Positions 38,352 through 49,264 of a stretch of DNA of 64,000 nt are shown here, piece by piece. The DNA is taken from the NCBI GenBank assembly GCA_965649765.1, contig OZ287748.1, positions 75,330,001-75,394,000 of the forward strand, read 5' to 3'. The notes under the pieces were generated by a model. That model did no database searches, was not told the DNA's origin, and saw only the letters and a program-made list of their open reading frames with translations. Position numbers and translations under genes: made by a program. The stretch comes from Bispira polyomma (lineage: Eukaryota). The number at the start of each line of letters is the position of its first letter. Within the stretch, counting starts at the first letter, position 1.

Positions 38352-39685
38352 CTTGTCCTCGTGACCCCAGGTGGCCTAATTGGCCCCCAGTAGCCTGGTG
38401 CCAGAATTGAGGGGACTGTTGCCGAGGCGTCAGCCCACCATTATAACTAAAACATCATTTACATACACAGGTAAGGGTCACCTAAAATTATTAGAAGATA
38501 AGTTTTTAGACTAAGGTAGCCTTACCTTTAATTCCAAGATAAAGTAACCAAAGTTAGGTTAAGGTAGCCTTAAGATATAACCTTACTTTGTTAAGGATAC
38601 CATAAGTTAAATATAAGTTTGAGTTAAGGTAGTATAACCTATTTGTTAGGTTATCCAAAAAGAATTATAAGAAGTATATATAGATTATAATAGAAAAAAA
38701 GACAAGATAAGGTGGCCCTAAAAATTGATAATTAAGGATAATTATCACATATAAAATAAAGTTCTGTAAAATGTATGTAAAGAAAAGCTCGAAAGCCCAA
38801 CTGGGCGCAGCAGACTCCTTTGTTTGAAAGACTTAACATGAGACTGTTTTTGAATGGCGGAAGTAGTCTGTGGTGTGGTATTTTAGTGACTCCAGATATC
38901 TGTAACCGATTACCTGAAATGTCCTGCTGTTTCCAGCGTTAGTTTTTTTTCTTGGAGTCAAAAGGGATAAGTTTAAGGAATGATGTTTAACATTTGCATT
39001 CATAAACCCATGTGGAATTTCTGTTCTCAGGCAGATATCTGGCCATTTTAACTGTACAGACATACCTAATAGTGACCCAAAGTTAGGATGGCCCAACGAG
39101 GGATGTACTGGGGGGTTTGCCAAGAAACGCCCCGTGTATGATGATCTGTCACTACCCCAATGGGCTGCTGGGCAGCTAACCAACCCCCTCCAGGTAACCG
39201 ACCCTGTAATTTCACGTGAGATAATTCAACAAGTTGTTTCAGCCTTATGAGATGCTTCATCTCTACCATGGGAAGTCATATGAACCGCATGGGCGCTTAA
39301 CATGACGGAAATAGAGGAAGGATGGCTCTCCTGGGGCGACTCGACACAATGGGCACTTAATTGCCTAAGTGCGTCCCAGACGGCGATGGTGAACACAAAG
39401 GGAAACTTGATGTCCACGCTTTCTAACTTAACTACTAACTCAACAGCAGCTAGAGTAATTTTCAAGTTATTTAATAACAGCAAATGCTCTCATAAGTCAG
39501 ACCACGCACAGTACAAACACGTGTACTGGCACGTCTGTTCGACAGTTCTCCACAAGGAATCTCAACACCCGGAGTTTAAATGCAATAAGGCAAACTCTTC
39601 CAAACAGATGGAAACAGGGCTTAATCCAAATAAATAGGAATGTGGCCGACCACCAGTAGTAGGCAGATGTTACATATAAGGACAT

Positions 39686-40273
39686 TGTGGTATGTTAAAG
39701 CACTAAAGTGATCTATTTATAGATTTGGGGAACCCCTAAGCTTCTAGAAGCTGGTTCTATTTTGTTTCTGTTGTTATTGAAGTTAGTATAATTTGTTTAC
39801 AATTTTATTCCGGAAAGTTCTAGCGATTGTTGTTTACATTCTCTAGCAGTGGTATATATAAGGGTTGACAGCCCGGCCACAGACTAGAGTTTATTGAGTT
39901 GGTGTGCCATGCTATACTGTGAAACATTTTATTTCTTCTCCTGTGGATATAAACTGATTATTATATACATTTTGTGGTAAACTCATTGAAGTGAACTGGA
40001 TATAAAGTTGTGGATCTACCAGAGATTGGATTTGCTGCATATCGGATATTGTTTGCATCCTGGACTGGATAGCTTAGTTGTGCAGACTCTCTGGATATAT
40101 ACATTTTGTGTTTGTAGACACCGAACGGATAACAGGATACAGACATTGTGTGGACACCGAGCGGATCTCAAGACAGATTGCTGGATACAGTGGACAAACT
40201 TGTTTATTGTTATTTATGTGGACAGGACTGTGGTCAGGTCAGATCAACCTAAAAGTAACCGGTAATTGCTACC
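39686..40273 (+). mobile_element. Solo-LTR-like insertion with HSE/FoxO sites and TATA inside element 3
   Basis: Interrupts pol N-terminus; TG(TGGTA)...TACCA ends, TATATATAAGGG at 39853, internal short repeats (gacaccga.cggat x2, tatatacattttgtg x2); no clear TSD found. Confidence 0.35.
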
Positions 40274-43087
40274 ATGCTTGCTCCCGTGACCGTAACAGCA
40301 GATATTTGAACAATAGGGACAGTGTGGTTTGTGGTTTTAATAACCTTAAAGTAAAAGACGAAGTTTGCAAACTTGCAACCAATAGTATAAATAGTAAATA
40401 TGTAAATGAATCATGTAAAAATGTTAATTGTAATAAGTTAATGGAAATATCTAGTTGCACCAAAAGTGAGACAAATAATGTAATGCAAAGCCCACACAGG
40501 CACTTAGCTATAAGTACGACTGTGACTTTATGTAGTGAGAGAAATAGAAATACTGGTATATTGAACCAGGCCACAAAGGGTAACGGGTTTCCTGGGGGCA
40601 CTGCTAGTACTAGCAAACCCACACAGAGTATCCAACAAAATACTTAAATACTCTCAAACATTTGGATTATCATGAGGGCTATGTTTACCATGGGATGTAC
40701 GACGAAACTGTACCAGGAAAAAAATCAAAAGGGGATAGGGATACATAATACTTGGGATAACAATTACAACTTAAAAAACAAGGATATACTTCGAGTATGT
40801 CAAGAGTCTGAAGGAAATAAAGTCAGGATTTCTACAGCCAACTGGGCGTTTTATATACCAGAAAAAGGATATAATATCCAGGTAAGTACGTCCAAGATTA
40901 TGGGCACAGGTTTTCAGGTTTTTATATGCAAGGGGATGGGCTGTGGGGCCTACAAGGCCACTACTATAGATGCGATGATCCCTCACCGGGTGAGATACAC
41001 ATTATCCACTCAGTAAATTCATTCCTGACTTTTATTCCTATGGTACCTAGAAGGGGTCATTATGTGACTAATGTAACTGATGAAAATTTGTACAAGGCCA
41101 AAGAGTCTTGGCTTGAATATAATAAATATGTATCATATATGAAACAGTACAATGTGAATTACACAGATTATATAACCAATGTGATTGACATATTGTTAAG
41201 TGAATGTTCTGATGTCTTACCCTCTCAGATAAAGAGAGATGTGGCTACAGGTATAGTTACACCGTGCGACCTCTTCATCGAAAAGCATGAACATGCTATA
41301 CAAAGCACTAAAGAAATTGCTACCATAGATAGGGACGTTAACTTACCCAACAAGACCAAAGGGTTTTTGGCATTATCTGACACCAAATTTAAATTTTGTG
41401 GACCCGACAGGGCTCCCATAAAAATTGATTCTATAGAAGACTAAATGACTAAATGGGCAAAAATCATCAGTGACACGAAATGTCCTAATTACAGAGAGGC
41501 AAGAATCCCTCTGCTTTCTGGACTTAACATCCCAGCATGGAAAAACGTACTTAAAGATTACCCAGATTGCTTTTACAAAATCTCAAATTCGGTTTCCCTC
41601 TCTCACTTCAAAACCCACAAATTTTAAGGAACTTTGAAACCACTAATCACCACTCTGCTCAGCAGTTTAAACTGCTATTGTTTAATATCTGGATAAGGAG
41701 AAAAAGTGTAGTGCAATGTTAGGCCCTGCTACTGATTCTTTAGATAAGGAAAGTTTCCACTGCCCTCCACTGTTAACCAGACCAAAAGACAGACAAAAGA
41801 CGAGTTATCTTAAACTTATCATATCCTAAAGGAAATTCCAGTAACGACAATGTTGACAAAGAACATTTTGACGGGGTACAATTCAAACTGTAATTCCCAA
41901 CAATCGACGATATAGTAGAGAAAATATGTAATACTAGGAACCAAAAATATGTAAACTAGATGTAGCACGCACTTTTAGAAACTTAAGGGTGGATCCAGCA
42001 GACGCTTTAAAACTGGACATTTGTTTTAAAGGCGGAAAATGTGTCAATCCGGCTGTTGCGTTCGGCTGGGTCCACGACTCGGCCATCCTTCATTGCTACT
42101 CTGACGTTGTAGCCCACTACATGGGCAAAATTGGACACACTGTTTTCTGTTACATCGACGATTACGTCGGTGTCTCCACTTCCGGTGAAGCGGACACAGC
42201 GTTTGATGAATTACATCAACTCGTTAGTGATTTAGGTGTTCCCTTGAATCTGAATAAAATCTCAAAGCCAAGCTCAAAGATAACTTGTCTAGGCATTGAT
42301 ATAGACATTGACAATGGCATTATAAGTATTACAGAGGAAAAAATCAGGGAAACATACCAACTCTGTCTAGACATACTGAACAAGAAATGGATTTCTAGAA
42401 CAAAATTCCAGTCTGTCCTTGGAAAACTTATATATACATAAATGTGTAAAACTTGCCAGAATTTTTAGCAATCGTTTACTCAGGGCTTTTAGAAATAACA
42501 GCCAAGCGAAGCGTTTTAAAGTAACAGAGGAAATGAAGGCAGGCTTGCTCTGGTTCAAAGGATGTTTACCTGCCTACAACGGCATTACCTTTATTAAACC
42601 TATGGACACGGCTTTGGAGAATGAAGTTTTCATAGACGCCTGCTTAACGGGCCTGGGGCAATATACATGAATCAAATATACGCGAACCCTCTGTATAACG
42701 TGTTCGGACGAGAACTTACCATAGTGCATATCGAAATGCTAAATATTTTGTTGGCTTTGAGAGTCTGGGGAGAGCAGTGGAGACATAGAAGGATAGTCAT
42801 AAATTGTGACAATATGACTGTCGTACTAGTAATAAGGTCAGACAAAACTAAGGACGAATTTTTATCACTCTGTTTAAGGAATATTTGGCTAATCGCATCA
42901 ATCTTTGATATTACTATTGAAATACAATACATAAGGGGCAAGGACAATATAATAGCAGATCTATTATCTTAATTATTTTCAGAAGAACCCCCCCAAGGGG
43001 GAACAAGTTAATATTCTAAGTGAAAATTGTATTTGGAGAAACATAACAATACAGGTTTTTAACCTAGATCTTACTGTGTAATTCCAG

Positions 43088-44063
43088 GTTCCACTCAAGT
43101 CACACAAGCTTTCACCAGTTCAGCATGGCAGAGAATAAACAACTCACTTCGTCCACAGTCTACAATGGCTTATAACAACCAGTTTAAGACATTTGTGTCT
43201 TTCAACTGTTATGCTAGCATTAAGGAAATTTCCACACATTCCATAGTAGCATTCCTGGAATACCTTTACAAACAGAATCTTCACCTGCCAGTATTAATAA
43301 TTATCTGGGCGCTATAAAACACATGGCTAAAAAATTATCATGGAACCTCAGCATGTTTGAGAACAATACTATTGCTATGTTTACTAGAAGCTTAACTCAC
43401 ACATCTTCCTTTAGACCACTTCCTAAAGGGATTTTCGACATGCAACATCTATCCTTATTTCCAAAGCATGTGATATCCTGAGTGATCCTTCACTATATAG
43501 AGCTATTTTTCTCCTTTCCTTTTTTGCTTTTCTAAGAATGTCCAACATTGCTCCCCACTCCAGGTCGAAATTTGACCCAACTAGAAATTTCCTTAGAAAA
43601 GATATAATATTTGCTCACCCAGGGGCTCACATAAATACTGAAATGGGCAAAAAATCTACAAATCATATCAAAATTTCACATCATTCAAATTCCACTGTTA
43701 AAAAATGCTGTCTTCTGTCCAGTCACAGCTCTACAGAACTTATTTAAGACCAGGCCTCTCTCTGAGGACCACCCTCTATTTGTGGACATAATTTACCCAC
43801 ATCAGATTATTATTGATTCACATTTGAGATTGGCCCTTTCCACAGTACTAAAACACATACGCATTCCACACACAGGCCATACTTTTCACGCATTCAGACG
43901 TTCTGGGGCCACTTTTGCTTTTGATTATAATGTCTCGCTCCAGAACATTATGTCCCATGGATTATGGAGATCCTCAGCAGTACGGTCATACCTTCAGAAA
44001 AATTCACAAGCTGTATCAGCAGTACCACTAACTTTTCCTGCCTCGATACCCCCCCTTGTTTAG
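43088..44063 (+). pseudogene. Tyrosine recombinase of element 3
   Basis: STQVTQAFTSSAWQRINNSLRPQSTMAYNNQFKTF start, several frameshifts, intact C-terminal HAFRR..HGLW..Y. Confidence 0.88.
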
Positions 44064-45049
44064 TTTGGCTTGGGCTTTTAAAAATCTCTGATTTTAAATT
44101 TGTCCTTTACTTTTACCCTGAATTGTATATACACTTTTACACTAACATGTACAGAAAATAAAAATACCTCAAACCATAAATTACCGTCTTGACTTACAAC
44201 CTGAAACTACCAACTGAAACTTCATATCACTTACTGACTTTACAAGGACAACTGTGCACAGCACGACCCAGCAGGGGTCTGGTGGTTCAGTTGTCCAACT
44301 AAAGTTGTCATACATCTTAATCCCTAGGGGCAGCACTGACCAACATTCGTTCTGTCCATCTACACAATGCTGACCAATGAAATTGCTTCTTTACCAAAAG
44401 TTTCCCTCCAAAAGCTAGGGCTCCTCAATCTTGGAATAAGATTCAGTGAAGAAACGCATACATTTTCCACCCACCTCCACTTTTACTACAATTATTACAT
44501 CTTAAGGGACATTTATAGATAGTTTATGGTCACCCCATTCACGTGTTATACATCAATTTATGGTACATTTATGGGCTTAGCTTCTGTTTCTAATCCACTT
44601 CAATATACTCACCTAGATAGCTCGCATAAACACCTTCTAGCGCTTCAAACCCTGGTTCGTGTGGTGCTGGTTCCTAGCTTCAACTGCCCCCTGGTGTGGG
44701 CTACCGGGTAAGTTAAAGCTCTGTGGGAATCTTCACTGCTATGCAACTAGGTGCCGTAGGACCGGGGTTCTAACCTTGGAGGTGGATCATCGTTGGAAAT
44801 GATGTAGTTAACCATACAGTTAATATATAAAATCATTAGTTAGGAGTTGTATGAAAGCGCTGCCTTAAGAAATATAATTTGTCAGCTGAAGTTGAAGTAC
44901 ATCCCTGATTAGATATAATGTCCCATGTCTCACCAACTGACCCAGGTGCCTTCTTGTCCTTGAAACCAGATTTTTGATAAAAAGATTTCAAAATGACCTT
45001 CCATGGCAGATTAATGCTGCAGATGCTTACATGTGACATGAAGGCTGAA

Positions 45050-45300
45050 TTTGAATTTGGATATTTAACCTCCACTCTAGTACCTTTTAGTAGGTTATAT
45101 TGGGATGAGTAGTTGGAAACACTGGAGGAAACACTGCATACAGTCGGTCAAGGTTCTGCAGAGAAACCAGCGGCCCACAGTAAGGAAGTACCACCTTTCC
45201 CACATAGGCATCGACGGGATTCGAACTCACGCCGCCCAGAGGTGAGAGACCAGTGATTATGAAGCGCAATGCTTGCTAACCACTAGGCCACCGCGGCCCC
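45050..45300 (-). mobile_element. Full-length tRNA-derived SINE with 15-bp TSD
   Basis: Head ggggccgcggtggcctagtggttagc (A box), gagttcgaatccc (B box); TSD gacatgaaggctgaa at 45035-45049 and 45301-45315; second copy at 62667-62926. Confidence 0.92.
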
Positions 45301-46254
45301 GACATGAAGGCTGAAAGGTGTATACCATTTGCTTCCACCAATGCATCTAAAGTTTTGCTTTATTAGATATTATGGCCAGGTTTCAGGTTTCAAAGTGATC
45401 ACTATTATTATGTAGCAGAAAGACAGCAAAATTATCTCATTCATGATCCATATGTTAGACTACAATTTTCCTAGTTCTAGATCTTGTTTTGCAGGCAAGA
45501 CAAACCATGAGAAATACCACTAGGAATTATGGCAGTAAACAAAGAAATAGTTTACTTTAACTTTCTGTTTATCCCAAAATCAAAAATGGGTCAGAAAGGA
45601 AACATGCAAATTCTTTATTTAAAGTAAATTAGTTGTTCAGGTGACCTGGTTTGGATATATTTGAATATATGCGGATGTATAGATTACAATATAGACAGTA
45701 AGGATTCTGCAATAAATCGTTTGCTATTTAAACAATCTCTCGGGAGAATGTCCAGATGATATACAAAACTACTAGTTGATCATGTTACAGACCTTTCTAT
45801 TCAGTATCTACATGGCAGGCATTTACGTAAAGGATACATCTAATTCTTGAAGAAAATCACTTGCTTATGTTTTATTTGTTTTGAACTTTTACTAATAGAT
45901 CAGACTTTTCTCTTTTTTCCGAGTTGGTCTTTAGTACAGTGTTTTTGCTGGTTTACTATAGACTCCTATAGTGAGACACAATGATATGAGTGATAGTGGT
46001 AAATATTAAAATTAATATGGTTATAATAATTTCCATTGCCATAAGTCATCTACTTCAATAGTGCTGTAATGTATATGTTCCTTATCAACATACATAAATA
46101 CACTTTATCAATATAGATTCTTGAAGTGAGACACATGTACAGTCATATGAGTGAACTTTTGCCAAAGCCAAAAAGCATAGCTGCAATATTGTTAAAGGAA
46201 TTTTTATTAGCACAGTCATCTACACCTGTCTGTTAGAAATATATATGATAATCT

Positions 46255-47481
46255 TTATCCACAAGGTGGTGACTTTTTCCTGTATCTTTTGTATCTGGTA
46301 CATATTAACACTCGGATAAGCTCCACACGGAACATCTTGGCACAGAGATTGTACAGGATAAAGTTAATAAAGTAGTTCAAATAATAGGGCACAGAAGTCA
46401 GATATTTAGCAGCAAACAGATGCCACTGGGGGTAGATGCCACTGAAGCCAATCAGTCCATAATATTGGGCAAACAACAACACCCATGTGATACAATATGG
46501 CAGGTTAAGGACCACAAACGTCATGGAGACAACTAAAAGTAATGTAGCCACATTATAGTCATTCTTCTTTCTGTACTGTATGGGTTTGTCGTTGCTAAAA
46601 CTGACTCTCCTCTGTATAAAGTGCTTCTGCTTGGTGTAGATTTTACTCAGTATGTAGACATTTAATGTACATATAACCATAATGGGGATGATTATAGATC
46701 CGAAGATTAATACTATCACCGTTAATATAAAGTAGATCCCGGCTCTGCCTGGCAGTACATCACATTCATTGCCATATGGTAAATCCACAATGCCCACGGT
46801 AAAGACAGTGAAGGAAGTGCACAGGAAACATAAAATCCCTGCAATGGCAATGACCTTTCTCACGTAAAAAGTACAGCTGAAGCCGGCTCTTTTAAGGGGA
46901 TGTATCACCCCGATAAATCTCTCCACCGTAAAGGTTGTCACCAACAGAGCTGACATAAGCCGACTGGTGTAGGACAAGTGGGTGATAAGCACACATACCA
47001 AATAGGAGTGCTTAACAATATCCAAACCAATGTGAGGATGCTTTAGGCAGTAATCAAACAAAACCGTCATTAGGGAAATGTTGTCGGACACACCCAGTGC
47101 AGCAAGGTACCATGATGTTGCACGCTTACGCATGCGCATGTTCAAGAAGACCGTGATTGATAGACTGTTGCATATCAGGCCTAGTGGAATAATCACCAAC
47201 AGAGAATAGAGCATAATATCCTGACTTAATGTGTAAACACCATTTACAGTTTCTTCCTGAGTTAAGGTACTGTAGTTTACTAATGTCCCGCTGAAGTTGT
47301 CAAAGTCATTATCCTTCCGTAGCTGCGCTCCAAACAATTCAAACCGGTTGTTTGCAACAAATGAGGAGGCGGTGAGATCCTGGTTGGGGTCCATTGTGGA
47401 AGAATTCCTCAGTTTGAGAGTGTTGTCCAGTTGGTCCAGGCTGAGACTTCTGGCGGTTGTGGTGTCATTCATTTTTGGCAT
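46255..47481 (-). CDS. Rhodopsin-family (class A) peptide GPCR, FMRFamide/sex-peptide-receptor-like group
   Basis: Intact ORF with seven hydrophobic segments, TM1 GLICN, TM2 LAALGVSD, TM3 TVERF, ECL2 Cys, TM6 FVVLNLPY, TM7 LNYFINFILY, N-glycosylation sites in N-terminus. Likely start ATG at 47481 (MPKMND), downstream of a pyrimidine tract + CAG acceptor at 47514-47512; the ORF track start is 47577. Confidence 0.92.
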   Translation of the reverse strand: MPKMNDTTTARSLSLDQLDNTLKLRNSSTMDPNQDLTASSFVANNRFELFGAQLRKDNDFDNFSGTLVNYSTLTQEETVNGVYTLSQDIMLYSLLVIIPLGLICNSLSITVFLNMRMRKRATSWYLAALGVSDNISLMTVLFDYCLKHPHIGLDIVKHSYLVCVLITHLSYTSRLMSALLVTTFTVERFIGVIHPLKRAGFSCTFYVRKVIAIAGILCFLCTSFTVFTVGIVDLPYGNECDVLPGRAGIYFILTVIVLIFGSIIIPIMVICTLNVYILSKIYTKQKHFIQRRVSFSNDKPIQYRKKNDYNVATLLLVVSMTFVVLNLPYCITWVLLFAQYYGLIGFSGIYPQWHLFAAKYLTSVPYYLNYFINFILYNLCAKMFRVELIRVLICTRYKRYRKKSPPCG

Positions 47482-49264
47482 CTGAGTTTTATACCGAATG
47501 GTGCTAGTCCTCTGATGAATAAAAGCAGTATGAGGAAAGTAAAATTTAGGAGTGGTGGTACAATTGTATGACAGCATCGATCATTATTTTTGCCTTGAAA
47601 TACTAAGAGTAAAGCTAGCCTTCTATAAAGACTACTTTAATATATAAAAATATCTGTTCGTCTTAGTTTTTCTGAATGATAGATGATACATATGATCACT
47701 GTCATAAATATAAAATCCAGTACAAATAGTTGATACATACATATTTTTTTAATAAAAATAAGTTTCACATAGTAAAGGTCACAATAAAATTCTGCAACAG
47801 TGTTGTCCCAGACAATAAGGGATAGGTGCTTCTAATCTAATTGTTTGATTACTGTCCATTGAAGGAAGGAAATACGACAATTTACTCAATGAGAAGCCTC
47901 TGCATTTTTCTGGGTGTTCAACCGGTCACAAGATAAACACAGACTGCAGTCATTGTTTGTCGAAGTAATGGAACTCTGTTTGCATACCATGGTCTGTGGA
48001 TTTGAACCATAAATTGTGTTATTTTGTAAAACTACTATTAATTAACAGTTATTGTGGGTTAAATTTTATCAAATAATATTTTAATGACAAAAAGTTCCCA
48101 TTAATATATGCGTTCACTATCATAGGTTTCTGGAATATATGATTTGCGAAGATTAGTTTTGTATAAATACAAAGACTTGGTGGAGAAATAGTTAAAGCAA
48201 ATTTTAGGATGGGCAAGTAGAGATTTTTTATAAAACTAACAAGAATATCTCTTAACTACAGACAGATTGAGGGACTGTTAAGTTGTGATATGTGAATCAA
48301 CAGTGCTGCCATTTTGCTGCTATTAACAGTAAGATGATGATGGCAGGTACTGTCTTTACAGCCGACCACTTTTTGTATCAAACTATACACATAAAATGTA
48401 CAAAAATCCTCACAGTAGTGCATAGTGAAGTTAAATATATTTAAACTTCAATAACAAGCTGAATATCAGTTAGACATATTGATGTGTAAAGCTGATTTAA
48501 AGTTAATGCCTGCCTCTAAATAGTTTCCTGTCTCATGCGTCTTAAAATCTGCTAAGCATGGAGATAAGCGCTATAAAAGTTAGATTAGATTAGTTGTCTC
48601 ATTTAGTGTTAACATCCACTAAACCAAAATGTTTGTTTCTGTGTGGTGTATTGTAATAATCTAGAATCAACAGTAAATCAATCTTAAAATCTGAAAATGT
48701 TAAAGCATTGACACTCTATTTAATAAATCATGTGGTTACTATCAGTCAGTATAAGTGTACACCCAACATTGCAAAACACACTGGAAGAAAATATAAAAGT
48801 TAAAAATAGGTTGTGAAATATAGTATTATTATAAATATTTTCTGATATTAAAACAAACAGTCAGTAATAAGTTCGCTTTGCTATTTTTCTCAGCATCACA
48901 TAATTTTGTGGACACTGCATATATTTGGACAAAGTGCATTTGTAGACTAATATATTTACTGTCCATACATTTGTGACAAAACAAAATAATAAGATAAAAT
49001 GAATAGTGAGCACCACTTTTGTCTGATATTTTTGCAGGAACATGTAAATAATTAGACAAGACCTTTCTTTAGCAATGGATACATACCATCGAGACAAATA
49101 TGACACATTGCAATAATGACAACGATTAAGAGGTTAGTCATTAAAGTGGGAAAATAATGGGGAAATAGATCATTCACCTAAAAAAACATACAGTAAGTAT
49201 ATTGACTAAAGTATAATAATTTGCTGTAGAGTGTGTACCTTGCATTTACTGGGTGTAGTTTACA

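Larger units (their letters stand above)
33300..38400 (-). mobile_element. DIRS-order (Ngaro-like) YR retrotransposon, element 2, near full length but frameshifted
   Basis: Order on minus strand: TATA (38342-38351), gag (38210-37242), RT (~36800-35250; NIDD at YxDD site), RNase H (LDAC, EMLNILLAL, CDN), YR (34741-33797; HTFRRSG, TWTSDCVWRY), palindrome-rich 3' region. Confidence 0.92.
39030..44250 (+). mobile_element. DIRS-order (Ngaro-like) YR retrotransposon, element 3 (divergent family, 5' gag missing)
   Basis: gag relic (KRPVYDDLSLPQW, EEGWLSWGD), RT (PNYREARIPL, YIDDY at 42151, CLGIDID), RNase H (FIDAC, EMLNILLALRVW, CDN, NIIADLLS), YR (FLRMSN, HAFRRSGAT, HGLWRSSAVRSY). Confidence 0.92.

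Noticed and set aside
45220-45300. tRNA genes (also 62667, 58012, 4222, 11918)
   Set aside because: A/B boxes run into shared SINE bodies with TSDs; no complete cloverleaf.
47482-47577. First 32 codons of the GPCR ORF as true N-terminus
   Set aside because: Overlaps a pyrimidine tract and CAG acceptor; likely intron/5' UTR, though not excluded.
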